Below, piece after piece: positions 26,935 through 39,091 of a stretch of DNA of 64,000 nt. How positions within the stretch are numbered: the stretch's first letter is position 1; every line of letters begins with the position of its first letter. The stretch lies in assembly GCA_017504405.1 (NCBI GenBank), contig JAFVRG010000021.1, forward strand, positions 89,929 through 153,928, given 5' to 3'. A program made the translations under genes and the position numbers. This DNA is from Clostridia bacterium (GTDB lineage: Bacteria; Bacillota; Clostridia; Oscillospirales; CAG-272). The notes under the pieces are model-generated. The model did not search any database. It had not been told where the DNA came from and saw only the letters and a list, made by a program, of their open reading frames with translations.

Positions 26935-27969
26935 TCATATATTGTATCCGCCAAGACTTTTAAGGCAGAAGCGTGATATGTTTTTTATCGACTGTGTAAT
27001 CTTCTTCGGCAACACCTTGAGTGCCTCCGACATACCGAGGGCAACGGCATCTGAGGAATTGGGAAATACGTAAGCATCGACACCCGTTATTCCTGCAATT
27101 ATCTTGGAAAGTCCGCCAAGAAGCGCACCGCCGCCGCACAAGAGTATTCCGTGTGAAAACACGTCGTTTACGTACTGAGTGGGAATATTTGAAATCGCTG
27201 TGCAGACAGCCTCAATAAGAACTGCCGTCGGCTCCTCAAGAGCAACGAACATCTCCTCGCTCGAAATGCGTATGGTGGAAAACGAGCCGTCGGGTCTGCG
27301 AGTTTTAACGTCAACTGTTCTGTTAGAGGAGTCATCACCCCAGAGCGTGCCTATTTTTTTCTTGATATTCTCTGCCGTAAATGCCGAAATACGAACTCCG
27401 TGCTTATCAAAAACATACTCTGCAATAGCTGAATCAAATTTATTTCCGCCGCAGTCCACCGACTCGGAATAAACTATGTTTCCGTGGCAGATAATCATTA
27501 TATTGGTTTTAGATGCGCCGACGTCAACGGATATGTAGGAATTCACAACGTCCATCTCGCTCGCCAAAAGGGCGGCAAGAGGCGAATACATCACGTATGC
27601 GTCACGTATTCCGCACTGTGCGGCAACCTCAACGAGAGCACTCTCCTCCATAGGCTCAATGTCACACGGAACGCTGAACAGAACCCTGTCCGGAACGAAT
27701 TCGTTGCCGCATACACTCGAAAGAAACATTGAAATCAGGGCTTGTACACGGTCTATATTCTTTGCAATTCCATCTCTTAGCGGGCGGTCAAGTATGTAGT
27801 CGGCGGGAGATTCAGCGTGCTTTTTAACGGCCTCATCGCCGTATGCAACAACCTTACCGCTGTATCGGTCAATGAGCGTAACACAGCTCTGACGCTCAAT
27901 TATTCCACGCTCAGGCGTTGAAATAATGACGCTGGAGCTACCCAAATCAATACACAGCTCGTTATACAT
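26935..27969 (-). CDS. MreB/Mbl-family actin-like protein (divergent paralog)
   Basis: CIDLGSSSV (phosphate-1), VDVGASKT (phosphate-2) and LCGGGALLGG (adenosine motif) occur in MreB order and spacing. The start is moved to M7, which has a GGAGGGAGAG RBS. Confidence 0.8.
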   Translation of the reverse strand: MYNELCIDLGSSSVIISTPERGIIERQSCVTLIDRYSGKVVAYGDEAVKKHAESPADYILDRPLRDGIAKNIDRVQALISMFLSSVCGNEFVPDRVLFSVPCDIEPMEESALVEVAAQCGIRDAYVMYSPLAALLASEMDVVNSYISVDVGASKTNIMIICHGNIVYSESVDCGGNKFDSAIAEYVFDKHGVRISAFTAENIKKKIGTLWGDDSSNRTVDVKTRRPDGSFSTIRISSEEMFVALEEPTAVLIEAVCTAISNIPTQYVNDVFSHGILLCGGGALLGGLSKIIAGITGVDAYVFPNSSDAVALGMSEALKVLPKKITQSIKNISRFCLKSLGGYNI

Positions 27970-28055
27970 TACTCTCTCCCTCCTCAATTATTCTAAATTA
28001 TATTATACTGCATATCGACAAAAAAAGCAACAGTTATTTTTAAAATATAATTTTG

Positions 28056-28084
28056 TTGACAAACTCTCTTTGTTGTGTTAGAAT
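28056..28084 (+). promoter_or_regulatory. sigma-A-type promoter of mgtE
   Basis: TTGACA (28056-28061), 17-nt spacer, TGtTAGAAT extended -10 (28076-28084). Confidence 0.55.
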
Positions 28085-28089
28085 ATTTT

Positions 28090-28251
28090 GGATAGAATAT
28101 TAAATGATAAGGCGGTGATTTCATGGATACGGGAGACGGGCGAGTACCTTTATGCACTAACAATAGAATAACCGTCTGTATCCACAGAAATTAAGGGCAT
28201 TGTCTCATGCTCTCCCTTTTGTGCGTTTACGGACAGAAAGGGAGTTTTTTT
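28090..28251 (+). promoter_or_regulatory. mgtE 5' leader with terminator/antiterminator (riboswitch or attenuator, class unassigned)
   Basis: Terminator CTCCCTTT...AAAGGGAG plus T7 (28212-28251) ends at the start codon. An upstream GGGAGA (about 28131) can pair with the TCTCCC left arm. A long helix GGATAC-GGGAGACGG...CCGTC-TGTATCC spans about 28124-28183. Confidence 0.5.
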
Positions 28252-29661
28252 ATGGAAGAAAAGGATTTTGAAATTTTAGACAATCCGCTGGACCCGAAGC
28301 CCTTGTATAACGCTCTTGCCGAAATACTTGACGCAGGACGCTATGCCCAGCTCCGCTCTGAGCTTATTGAATTAAAGGAAGTCGATATTGCTGAGTTTAT
28401 CCTGAGCCTCAACGACGAGAAGGCTCTGCTCGTATTCAGAATATTGCCAAAGGACATTTCCGCCGAGGTATTTTCCTACCTCGATTCGGATATACAAACG
28501 AGCATTGCTGAGGCTATGACGGATGCCGAGCTCTACCGACTAATTGACGAGCTGTATATTGACGATACAGTTGATTTTCTGGAGGAAGTACCCGCAAACG
28601 TTGTATCACGTGTACTCAAAATTGCGGGTAAGGAGAAGCGCAACACACTCAACCGTTTTCTCAACTACCCCGAAAATTCTGCTGCATCTATAATGACAAA
28701 CGAAATGGTTGCTCTGCACACGCATCTCACTCTCGATGCCGCAATTGAGTATATACGCAAGACGGGTGTTGATAAGGAGAGCGTATATCAGTGCTACTGC
28801 ATTGATAAGAGCCGTCACCTTGTAGGAACTGTAGGGCTCTCGGATTTACTCTTTAACAAGAGCGATATGCTGATATCCGATATAATGGATACCGAAAATC
28901 AGTTGATTTACGTTGAAACAACCGAGGACCAGGAGGCAGTTGCCGATATAGCGAAGAAATACGACATGCTCAGCGTTCCTGTCGTAGACAGCGAAAAGCG
29001 CCTTGTCGGAATAGTAACCATCGACGATATCGTTGATATTATCGAGGACGAGAACACCGAGGACTTTGAGCGAATGGCTTTGCTCGTCCCATCAGATGAC
29101 ACTTATCTTAAAACAAGTGTTTTCTCGCTCGCTAAGAACAGAATTTTCTGGCTGTTCATACTGATGATAACCGCCACGTTTACAGGAAAAATTATTGAGG
29201 GCTTTGAATCCCAGCTTGCGCTGATTGCAGGACTCACCGCCTGCATCCCTATGATAATGAACACGGGCGGTAACTCGGGAAATCAAGCGTCTACGCTTAT
29301 AATTCGCGGACTCGCACTCGGCGAAATCAGAATACGTGACTATTACCGTGTTGTATTCAAGGAATTTTGCGTCAGCCTTATCTGCTCTGTTTTGCTCGCC
29401 GCAGCAAACTTCGGCATTATGTGCCTCATTGGACTCATAGACGGCTCATTCAGTGCAGAACGGTTGCCTATGTACGCAGTTGTTTCGATGGCGATATTTA
29501 CTGTCGTTATACTTGCAAAGCTGATTGGCTGTTCATTGCCTATACTTGCAAAGCTATGTCATCTTGACCCTGCGCTGATGGCAGGACCTATAATTACTAC
29601 AATTGTCGATGCAATATCGCTCGTCATTTATTTTGCGATAGCATCTGCCGTTCTCTTTTAG
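28252..29661 (+). CDS. mgtE: magnesium transporter MgtE
   Basis: N-domain, tandem CBS region (…VPVVDSEKRLVGIVTIDDIVD…) and a C-terminal TM domain (GNSGNQAS). The start is moved to MEEKDFEIL (M16), after the leader terminator. Confidence 0.9.
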   Translation: MEEKDFEILDNPLDPKPLYNALAEILDAGRYAQLRSELIELKEVDIAEFILSLNDEKALLVFRILPKDISAEVFSYLDSDIQTSIAEAMTDAELYRLIDELYIDDTVDFLEEVPANVVSRVLKIAGKEKRNTLNRFLNYPENSAASIMTNEMVALHTHLTLDAAIEYIRKTGVDKESVYQCYCIDKSRHLVGTVGLSDLLFNKSDMLISDIMDTENQLIYVETTEDQEAVADIAKKYDMLSVPVVDSEKRLVGIVTIDDIVDIIEDENTEDFERMALLVPSDDTYLKTSVFSLAKNRIFWLFILMITATFTGKIIEGFESQLALIAGLTACIPMIMNTGGNSGNQASTLIIRGLALGEIRIRDYYRVVFKEFCVSLICSVLLAAANFGIMCLIGLIDGSFSAERLPMYAVVSMAIFTVVILAKLIGCSLPILAKLCHLDPALMAGPIITTIVDAISLVIYFAIASAVLF

Positions 29662-29700
29662 ACTTAACACCACGATTAGCGAAAGGAAATTAAAAGCTGT

Positions 29701-30081
29701 ATGAAAATAGCACTCATAGCGCACGATAAAAAGAAGCAGGATATGATTGATTTATCCATAAGATACAAGGACGTTCTGGCAAAGCACGAGCTGTGTGCAA
29801 CCGGTACGACGGGAACCCTGGTTATGGGCGAAACGGGGCTGAAAATCACGAGAATGAAAAGCGGTCCTCTCGGCGGCGACCAGCAGATAGGCTCTATGAT
29901 TGCGGACAACGTTCTCGACCTCGTTATCTTTCTGCGTGACCCGCTGACAGCTCAGCCTCACGAGCCTGACGTTTCTGCGCTTCTGCGCCTGTGCGACGTT
30001 CAGAATATACCTCTTGCTACAAACGTAAAGAGCGCAAATATAATTCTCGACGCTCTGTCAAACGGCGCATTCACTAAGTAA
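29701..30081 (+). CDS. mgsA: methylglyoxal synthase
   Basis: [12 protein letters not shown]...ATGTTG...[10 protein letters not shown]...FLRDPL...HEPD; 126 aa. Confidence 0.9.
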   Translation: MKIALIAHDKKKQDMIDLSIRYKDVLAKHELCATGTTGTLVMGETGLKITRMKSGPLGGDQQIGSMIADNVLDLVIFLRDPLTAQPHEPDVSALLRLCDVQNIPLATNVKSANIILDALSNGAFTK

Positions 30082-30106
30082 ATTCAAATGTAAATTGAAA
30101 AGCTTT

Positions 30107-30135
30107 AAGGGCTACCAAGCGGTAGCCCTTTTGTT
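30107..30135 (+). terminator. intrinsic terminator of mgsA
   Basis: AAGGGCTACC-aagc-GGTAGCCCTT followed by TTGTT. Confidence 0.65.
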
Positions 30136-30146
30136 CATTTAAAGCA

Positions 30147-30172
30147 AAAGGCAATGCCGAGGCATTGCCTTT
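30147..30172 (-). terminator. intrinsic terminator of ftsH
   Basis: AAAGGCAATGCC-gag-GGCATTGCCTTT with TTTTGCTTT on the minus strand just after the stop. Confidence 0.65.
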
Positions 30173-30175
30173 GTT

Positions 30176-32254
<2,079 letters not shown>

Positions 32255-32313
32255 TATTCAACCTTTCTTGGATGTATATAAGAACGAAAATCCGTTCAAA
32301 AGTCATTCTCTAT

Positions 32314-33732
32314 TCATTTTTCCTCGAGTGCGAAAAAATATGCGTATACATTATATGCCCTTTCGCCCTTTCGTGCGAAATCTGCAACTCCGAGCCTCGG
32401 CACCCATACTGTTTTATCGGATTCGCATATTATTGGAAGCAATTTGCGTTCCGCAATCGGTATTTTTTTGCCGTTATACAGCGTTTTGAGCTTCTTTGTC
32501 ATTTTACCCATAAGGATAGAGTCGCCGTCACGCCTGCTTCTGGCGGTCAGCGATATATCCATTGTATCAAAACTCATAGCCGCTTGTATTGATAATTTGT
32601 AAACATTTTTCGCCTTTTCGGAAAATTCATCGCACGGGGTGTCACTCAGGTATATCAAAGAGCCGTCAGGCAGTCTGTTTTCACCCATTTTGAGCGGAAT
32701 ACAGAACTCTGCATCTTCGCCGTCTGCCTGAAGCTCAAACGAGCATATTCCCCTGTCACAGACAAATTTCTGATAACCCGACAAATCAATTGAAAAGTTC
32801 ACGTCGCTGTTTTTTATGGCGCTGACTATACTGTCAAAATGCTTTCTTTCAAGAAATGCGTCGGTATCGCCAAACGCATTTTCACGCATAACCGAAAGAA
32901 CTCTGTGAAGAATTGCGGGGTGAAGCGATGAGAGAAAATCTCTTTCTGCCGTATTTGTTATCCCCTTTTCTCTGACAAGCTCGGCTGCAACCGAATCAAT
33001 ATAAGAGCTGTCGGATGCGACGTTTTCGCACATTCTTGCTATTGCCCTCTCGGGCATCGGCGTAATTCTCGACATTTTAGGCAAAATCTCTGCCCGTATA
33101 TAGTTTCGTGTATAATCGGTATCTGAATTCGTTGAATCGGTAACGAACGGAAGCTCCAGCTCGTTTGCAGCAGAAATAATATCCGCCTTTGCGGAGAGGA
33201 TTATCGGGCGCAACACGTTATCCCTGACAACGGGTATTCCCGAGAGCGCACGGCTGCCGCCGCCCCTGAGCATATTGAAAATCACGGTTTCCGCATTGTC
33301 GGACGAGTTATGCGCCGTTACAACGCAGGACAAATCCGAGCGGGTGGCAAGCATACGGTTAAAGGCTGTATAGCGTGCCCTTCTCGCCGCATCCTCAATG
33401 CTCCTGCCCTCTTTTTTTGCAAGGCTCGGAACATCGATTTTTTCTACCGCAAGCTCAACCGAAAGCCTCTCGCAGAAATCTCGGCAGAATTGCTCGTCAC
33501 GGTCAGCCTCACTACCCCTTATCATATGGTTTACGTGCATAGCGCAAAGGGGAAAGCCGTGCTTATCGGACAGCCCTTTCATAAGCGAAAGGAGCATTAC
33601 CGAATCGGCACCGCCCGAAAAGCCGACAAGAACTCCGCCCATAAACCGCTCAAGCATAGAATAGCGCTCGACGGTTTTGTTAAAGTCCGAAAGGACGCAC
33701 GCATAAGCGCCGTCCTTGCGTTTAGTCGTCAT
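32314..33732 (-). CDS. tilS: tRNA(Ile)-lysidine synthetase
   Basis: PP-loop GFSGGADSV. Positioned upstream of ftsH as in most Bacillota. 472 aa. Confidence 0.9.
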   Translation of the reverse strand: MTTKRKDGAYACVLSDFNKTVERYSMLERFMGGVLVGFSGGADSVMLLSLMKGLSDKHGFPLCAMHVNHMIRGSEADRDEQFCRDFCERLSVELAVEKIDVPSLAKKEGRSIEDAARRARYTAFNRMLATRSDLSCVVTAHNSSDNAETVIFNMLRGGGSRALSGIPVVRDNVLRPIILSAKADIISAANELELPFVTDSTNSDTDYTRNYIRAEILPKMSRITPMPERAIARMCENVASDSSYIDSVAAELVREKGITNTAERDFLSSLHPAILHRVLSVMRENAFGDTDAFLERKHFDSIVSAIKNSDVNFSIDLSGYQKFVCDRGICSFELQADGEDAEFCIPLKMGENRLPDGSLIYLSDTPCDEFSEKAKNVYKLSIQAAMSFDTMDISLTARSRRDGDSILMGKMTKKLKTLYNGKKIPIAERKLLPIICESDKTVWVPRLGVADFARKGERAYNVYAYFFALEEK

Positions 33733-35099
33733 TGGTCGGGGGCCTCCATCTGTTCGAGGGAACGGAATTTTGTATATTCCTTCATCCAGCCGACCTTTAT
33801 AGTGCCGACAGAGCCGTGTCTGTTTTTAGCAACTATAACCTCGGCCGTATTCGCCTCCTGCTCCTCCTTTGAATCCTGCTTCGCATAATATTCATCACGG
33901 TAGAGGAACATTACTATATCAGCATCCTGCTCTATTGAGCCTGATTCTCTGAGGTCAGAGAGCATCGGGCGCTTATCGTTTCTGCCCTCAGGTCCACGTG
34001 AGAGCTGAGCACAGCATATAATCGGTATTCCGAGGTCCTTTGCCATAATTTTCAGGCTTCGTGTGATTTCGCCAACCTCCTGAACACGGTTTTCAAGCCT
34101 TTTACCGCTCTGCATAAGACCGAGATAGTCAACGACTACAAGACCGAGATTGGTAACGTGACGGAGCTTCGATTTCATTTCGGTAACCGAAAGTCCCGAG
34201 GTGTCGTCAATGTATATGTCCGTTCCCGAGATGCGTGATGCCGCCGACGCAAGCCTTGGCCACGCATCAGAGGGAATTTCTCCGCTCCTCATTGCATAGC
34301 TGTCAACCAGCGCCTCGCTGGCGAGCATTCTGGTAACTAACTGCTCTCCGCTCATTTCAAGGGAGAATACGCATACTGACTTAGAGCCTTTCAGGCTCTT
34401 AGCCACGTTTGTTGCGATATTGAGCGCAAAGCTGGTTTTACCCATAGCAGGACGTGCACCGACGAGAACGAGGTCGCCCTTACCCATCTGCACAAGCACT
34501 CTGTCAAGGTCGGAAAAGCCCGTGCGGACGCCGCTGATAGCGTTTTTGTTTCCGCTGAGCGTTTCAAGCTCGGTGTAGACATTCTGAATAATGTCACGGA
34601 CGTGCCTGAAATCTCCGGATTTTCTGCTGTTTACAATATCAAAAATCTTATCGCCCGCAAAGTCCAAAACCTTATCGGACGGAGTCTGCTCGGAATACGC
34701 CTCCTCCATTATCTCGTTGCACGCAACGATTATCTTGCGGAGAGTGGATTTTTCCTTTACGATATTTGCATAGTCGATTATATTAGCCGCACTGGGTACG
34801 GACTGCGCTATAACCTTTATGAAATTTATACTGTTTTCCTCGCTGTATCTGCCCGTCTGCACGAGGGTGTCAACCAGCGTTACCGTATCTATCGTTCTGC
34901 TTGCGGTAAACATTTCGAGCATAGCGGAAAAGATTTTTCCGTTATCCTCGTTTTTAAAATCCTCAGGCTTTATGATAGAGGTAACCCGCTCTATGCTCTC
35001 GGGTGAAACGAGGATTGAGCCAAGCACCGCATTTTCTGCCTCTATTGAGGCAGGGAGAGTACGGGTGAGCGAGGTGTCAACGTATCCGTTAGCCATCAC
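33729..35099 (-). CDS. dnaB: replicative DNA helicase (DnaB family)
   Basis: [16 protein letters not shown]..., Walker [13 protein letters not shown], and the RecA-like C-terminal domain. Overlaps rplI. Confidence 0.95.
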   Translation of the reverse strand: MMANGYVDTSLTRTLPASIEAENAVLGSILVSPESIERVTSIIKPEDFKNEDNGKIFSAMLEMFTASRTIDTVTLVDTLVQTGRYSEENSINFIKVIAQSVPSAANIIDYANIVKEKSTLRKIIVACNEIMEEAYSEQTPSDKVLDFAGDKIFDIVNSRKSGDFRHVRDIIQNVYTELETLSGNKNAISGVRTGFSDLDRVLVQMGKGDLVLVGARPAMGKTSFALNIATNVAKSLKGSKSVCVFSLEMSGEQLVTRMLASEALVDSYAMRSGEIPSDAWPRLASAASRISGTDIYIDDTSGLSVTEMKSKLRHVTNLGLVVVDYLGLMQSGKRLENRVQEVGEITRSLKIMAKDLGIPIICCAQLSRGPEGRNDKRPMLSDLRESGSIEQDADIVMFLYRDEYYAKQDSKEEQEANTAEVIVAKNRHGSVGTIKVGWMKEYTKFRSLEQMEAPDQ

Positions 35100-35539
35100 T
35101 CATGTACCACCACGCTGAATTTTCCCGAGATTTCTGCATATAGCTTCACCTCTACGGAATATGTACCGTGCGCCTTTATCGAATCGTTAAGATTCATTTT
35201 TCTCTTATCTACCTTTATCGAGAAGTCCTTTTCGAGAGCCTCGGCTATATCCTTAGCCGTTACAGCTCCGTAAAGTCTGCCGTCTGCGCCCGAGGTTGCC
35301 TTTATCTTTACGGTAACGCCCGCCAGCTTCTCTGCAAGTGCCTTCGCCGCCTTGCGCTCCTCCTCGATTCTATACTGCTTAGCCTCCTCCTTGCCTCTCA
35401 GCTCGTTGGTTGCCTTCGCATCTGCCAAAACCGCTAATTTTTTCGGGAATAGGAAATTTCTTGCGTATCCGTCGGATACCTCTACAACCTGATCCTTCTT
35501 TCCCTGTCCCTTTACATCGGCGAGTAAAATAACCTTCAT
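35096..35539 (-). CDS. rplI: 50S ribosomal protein L9
   Basis: [36 protein letters not shown]; 147 aa. Confidence 0.9.
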   Translation of the reverse strand: MKVILLADVKGQGKKDQVVEVSDGYARNFLFPKKLAVLADAKATNELRGKEEAKQYRIEEERKAAKALAEKLAGVTVKIKATSGADGRLYGAVTAKDIAEALEKDFSIKVDKRKMNLNDSIKAHGTYSVEVKLYAEISGKFSVVVHE

Positions 35540-35556
35540 ATTCTTATCTCCTAAAA

Positions 35557-37602
35557 TTATTTTGCGTGGCGCTGGAGCGTTGCGAAATAATCGTCAATCG
35601 CATCCTTTAGCATAACTATTGCGCCTGCCATAGTTTTTCCGTTTATCTGCGCTCCCGCAACGTCAAAGTGTCCGCCGCCCTTCAATCTTTCAAGTATTAG
35701 CTGAACGTTTATCGTTCCGTCGGAGCGTGCAGATATATGCACCTGATTTTCTATCTTAACGAGAGCAAACGTTGCGCTTATATCCTTTAAGTCAAGGAGC
35801 TTATCCGCAACCTTTGATGCGGATATTCGGTAGCTCGGGTCGTGCAGGCCCTCGCAATAGGATATAATCAACTTCTTTTTATTTTCACTTCCCTGCTCCT
35901 CGGGGCTGTAAACGCTCTTCTCTACTATTTCCATATTGGAATTGAAGCTCGCCTCACGTGACAAATCCTCAACGCTGTCCTTGAAGAGCTCATTGGATTC
36001 AATCGGGTTAGCACCCTCCGAGCGCAAGAACATTGCCGCCGAAAAGGTTCTTATTCCCGTATTTCTCGTAAACTGCTTGGTATCCAGAAGTATCCCCGCA
36101 AGAAGAAGCTCAGCCTCCTCCTTGAGAATTTTATTGGTTACGGAACGGGTCTGCAATATTTCGCATACAAGCTCGGATGCAGAGGATGCAGAGGGCTCAA
36201 TGTACGTGAGCACAGGCTCCTTTGCAAATCCCGATACCTTGATATGATGGTCGATTATTACTACGTCCGAAACATTTTTGATAATATCTGCGTGCTCAAC
36301 GTGGTCAAAGTTGTTTACGTCGGTTACTATGACGAGAGTGCCCGACTTAATCTTCTCCATTCCGTCTGCGCCCTCGATGAACATTCCCTTATAGTCGGGG
36401 ATATTCTCGATTTTTTTGAAGCACTGGGTTAAGTTGGTATCACTCTTTTTAACGACGATGTTCGGCTTCACCCCGCACATCATACAGAAGCGTGCGATAC
36501 CTATCGTCGCCGCAAAGGAATCGAAATCGCCGAAGCGGTGTCCCATAATGAGGACGTTTTCCGCCCGCGCTATCAATGCGGAAAGCTCACGGGCAACGAG
36601 AGTAGCCCTGACGTTAGAGCGCTTATAAACCGTTTTTGTCTTACCGCCGAAGAAGTCCATTCCGTCCTCGTAACGCAAAACCGCCTGGTCGCCTCCACGC
36701 TGTAGTGCTGTATCAAGAGCCGCCTGCGCAAATTTCATAACGTCCGATATTGTATCTCCCACGCAGGAGATGCCGAGAGAAATGGTCAGCGGTATACCGT
36801 CTCCGACGAAGTTTTCCCTAACCCTGTCAAGAATTGCAAAATGGTTGGCAATTCCGTGCTCCCTCATATTTTTCTGGTTGCACACTATAAGGAATTTATC
36901 CTTACCGTAGGATTTGATAATTCCCTCAAGGCTGTCTGCCCACTCGGTAATTTTCGAGTCTATATCCGCAACTATTTTTATGAAGTTATCCTGAAAATAC
37001 TGCGACATTTCATCGTAGCTGTCAATCATTGCGATTGCAACCGCAACCTTATCGTCGGCAATCTTCTCACGCAGAAAATCAAGCTCGGTTATATCCTCAA
37101 AGAAAACGAATCTGTATTCTGCGTCCTCTATTTGACGGCTTATTGCATACGCCGTGAAGGATTTTCCCGATATGCTGATTTCACCCGTCGAGCTCTCGGA
37201 GAAATATTCGATTTTCTCTCCTGTCCACTGCTCTATATTAGTGCCTCTCGACACTCTCTGCTTCTCAAACAGTGCCTGAAATGCGTCGTTGCACCATATC
37301 AGCGAGCCGTTTTTCGTGCACAGCACCGCAGGTCCCTTCATTCTGACCATAACGTCGCCGAGCTCTCCCGAAAAGAGCTTGTCAAGTGTGACGGCAGATG
37401 CCAGCGTTTCGGTGCTTCTCCTGTAAATCATAAAGGTAAAGACCGCAACAAGATATACGAATATCAAAAGAAGTGCAAGATATATTACCTTAATAGCCGT
37501 AAATTCGCAAAGAAATGCAAAGACTATCATACACACGGCGGCAATAATGATACTGAAAAAGAAATTGGTATCCTGAGGCCGCCATTTGTTGTTACCTAAC
37601 AT
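35557..37602 (-). CDS. gdpP: GdpP-type c-di-AMP phosphodiesterase (TM-PAS-degenerate GGDEF-DHH/DHHA1)
   Basis: Two N-terminal TM helices, a DHH motif region (IIDHH) and a GGGH DHHA1 motif ([12 protein letters not shown]). Conserved position upstream of rplI. Confidence 0.85.
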   Translation of the reverse strand: MLGNNKWRPQDTNFFFSIIIAAVCMIVFAFLCEFTAIKVIYLALLLIFVYLVAVFTFMIYRRSTETLASAVTLDKLFSGELGDVMVRMKGPAVLCTKNGSLIWCNDAFQALFEKQRVSRGTNIEQWTGEKIEYFSESSTGEISISGKSFTAYAISRQIEDAEYRFVFFEDITELDFLREKIADDKVAVAIAMIDSYDEMSQYFQDNFIKIVADIDSKITEWADSLEGIIKSYGKDKFLIVCNQKNMREHGIANHFAILDRVRENFVGDGIPLTISLGISCVGDTISDVMKFAQAALDTALQRGGDQAVLRYEDGMDFFGGKTKTVYKRSNVRATLVARELSALIARAENVLIMGHRFGDFDSFAATIGIARFCMMCGVKPNIVVKKSDTNLTQCFKKIENIPDYKGMFIEGADGMEKIKSGTLVIVTDVNNFDHVEHADIIKNVSDVVIIDHHIKVSGFAKEPVLTYIEPSASSASELVCEILQTRSVTNKILKEEAELLLAGILLDTKQFTRNTGIRTFSAAMFLRSEGANPIESNELFKDSVEDLSREASFNSNMEIVEKSVYSPEEQGSENKKKLIISYCEGLHDPSYRISASKVADKLLDLKDISATFALVKIENQVHISARSDGTINVQLILERLKGGGHFDVAGAQINGKTMAGAIVMLKDAIDDYFATLQRHAK

Positions 37603-37691
37603 ACTTTTCCTCCGAAGAAGTTAAAATAAGTGTTCGCTATTATATTATTATAACAAATAAAATGCGCTTTGTAAATAATAAATTTAACTTT

Positions 37692-38912
37692 TTAATTCTT
37701 TGGGTGCATTGTGTAATGCTTTGCAAGGCCGCCCGAGGAGGTTTCACGGTAGTCGCTGAGCAGATTTTTGCCCGTTTCATACATAACGTTTACTACCATA
37801 TCAAAGCTGATTTTTCTCGAATCGGCAAGGAAATTTGCTAGAGACAGCGCATTTATCGCACGCATCGCCGCTACGGCGTTGCGCTCTATACACGGTATCT
37901 GCACAAGGCCGCCTATCGGGTCGCAGGTGAGTCCGAGGTGATGCTCCATAGCGACCTCTGCCGCATACTCTATCTGCCCTATTCCCATACCGAACAGCTC
38001 GCAAAGGGCTGCCGCCGCCATTGAGCAGGCGGAGCCTATTTCCGCCTGACAGCCGCATTCCGCACCGCTTATCGAGGCGTTTTTCTTTATCAGATTACCT
38101 ATAAGACCGCCTGTGGCGAGAGCTCTTACAATTTCGGTATCGGAAAAGCCCCTTGTTTCCTGCATATATTTGAGCACCGAAGGAACAACGCCCGCAGAGC
38201 CGCAGGTGGGTGCGGTTACAATAGTCTCTGCCGCCGCATTCTGCTCGCTGACGGCGAAGGCGTATGAGCAGACGAGCCTGTTCTCCTTCGTCTGTGCTGA
38301 TTCGTCAATATGCTTCTGGTCATAGAGAATCTGCGCTCTGCGCTGAGTGCCAAGTCCTCCCGGCAGAGTGCCTGTAGTAACCAAGCCCTTGTGTATCGAG
38401 CGCTTCATACACTCCCAAACCTCGGAAAGGTATGAGAAAATCTCCTCGCCCTCACATTCTAAAACGTACTCCCAGAGCCGAATACCCCTCTCGTGACAGT
38501 ATTTTGAAATATCCGAAAATGTGCTGAGGGGATAGACATCACGCACGTCGTCTGCTCCGTTGTCCGAGCCACCCTCCATTCGGAAGGTACCGCCGCCTAC
38601 GCTGTAAAACCTGTGCTTTCCGAGCAAAGCGCCGCCGCAAAACGCCTCAATGTCCATAGTATTGGGGTGAGTATCGCAGGGCGTTTTTTTGTCAAAGGCT
38701 ATTTCGACGTCATAGGGAGCGAGCGTTTCTCTGATAACCCTATCCGTGCCGTGTCCCATACCTGTGAGTGCGAGAGAGCCGAAAAGCGTTATTTTATATG
38801 AATTGGCGCTCGGATACATTTCTTTTACCGTCCTTGCTATCCGCTCGGGACCTATGGTATGCGAGCTGGACGGGCCTCTGCCGATTTTGTAAAGCTGTCG
38901 CAGGGATTGCAT
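37692..38912 (-). CDS. sdaA: L-serine ammonia-lyase (iron-sulfur dependent, single-chain)
   Basis: N-terminal LYKIGRGPSSSHTIGP and a Cys-containing alpha-domain (…SGAECGCQAEIGSA…). Confidence 0.85.
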   Translation of the reverse strand: MQSLRQLYKIGRGPSSSHTIGPERIARTVKEMYPSANSYKITLFGSLALTGMGHGTDRVIRETLAPYDVEIAFDKKTPCDTHPNTMDIEAFCGGALLGKHRFYSVGGGTFRMEGGSDNGADDVRDVYPLSTFSDISKYCHERGIRLWEYVLECEGEEIFSYLSEVWECMKRSIHKGLVTTGTLPGGLGTQRRAQILYDQKHIDESAQTKENRLVCSYAFAVSEQNAAAETIVTAPTCGSAGVVPSVLKYMQETRGFSDTEIVRALATGGLIGNLIKKNASISGAECGCQAEIGSACSMAAAALCELFGMGIGQIEYAAEVAMEHHLGLTCDPIGGLVQIPCIERNAVAAMRAINALSLANFLADSRKISFDMVVNVMYETGKNLLSDYRETSSGGLAKHYTMHPKN

Positions 38913-39091
38913 AATAATAACCTCCGCATATAAATCTTTATATAATTATAGCATTAAAGTGAAAAAAGTCAAGTCAATTGCTATACAATTGGGATTTTGC
39001 TCAAAAACTCTCCGTGTTAGTAAATAATTATTGCTTTTTTTGCAATTTTGTTGTAAAATATAGGTAACTCAGTGAAAGGGGGAACAACGTC

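Noticed and set aside
28090-28251. Calling the mgtE leader an M-box riboswitch
   Set aside because: The context fits, but I could not see the conserved M-box sequence blocks I remember. I left it as an unassigned leader pending a covariance-model search.
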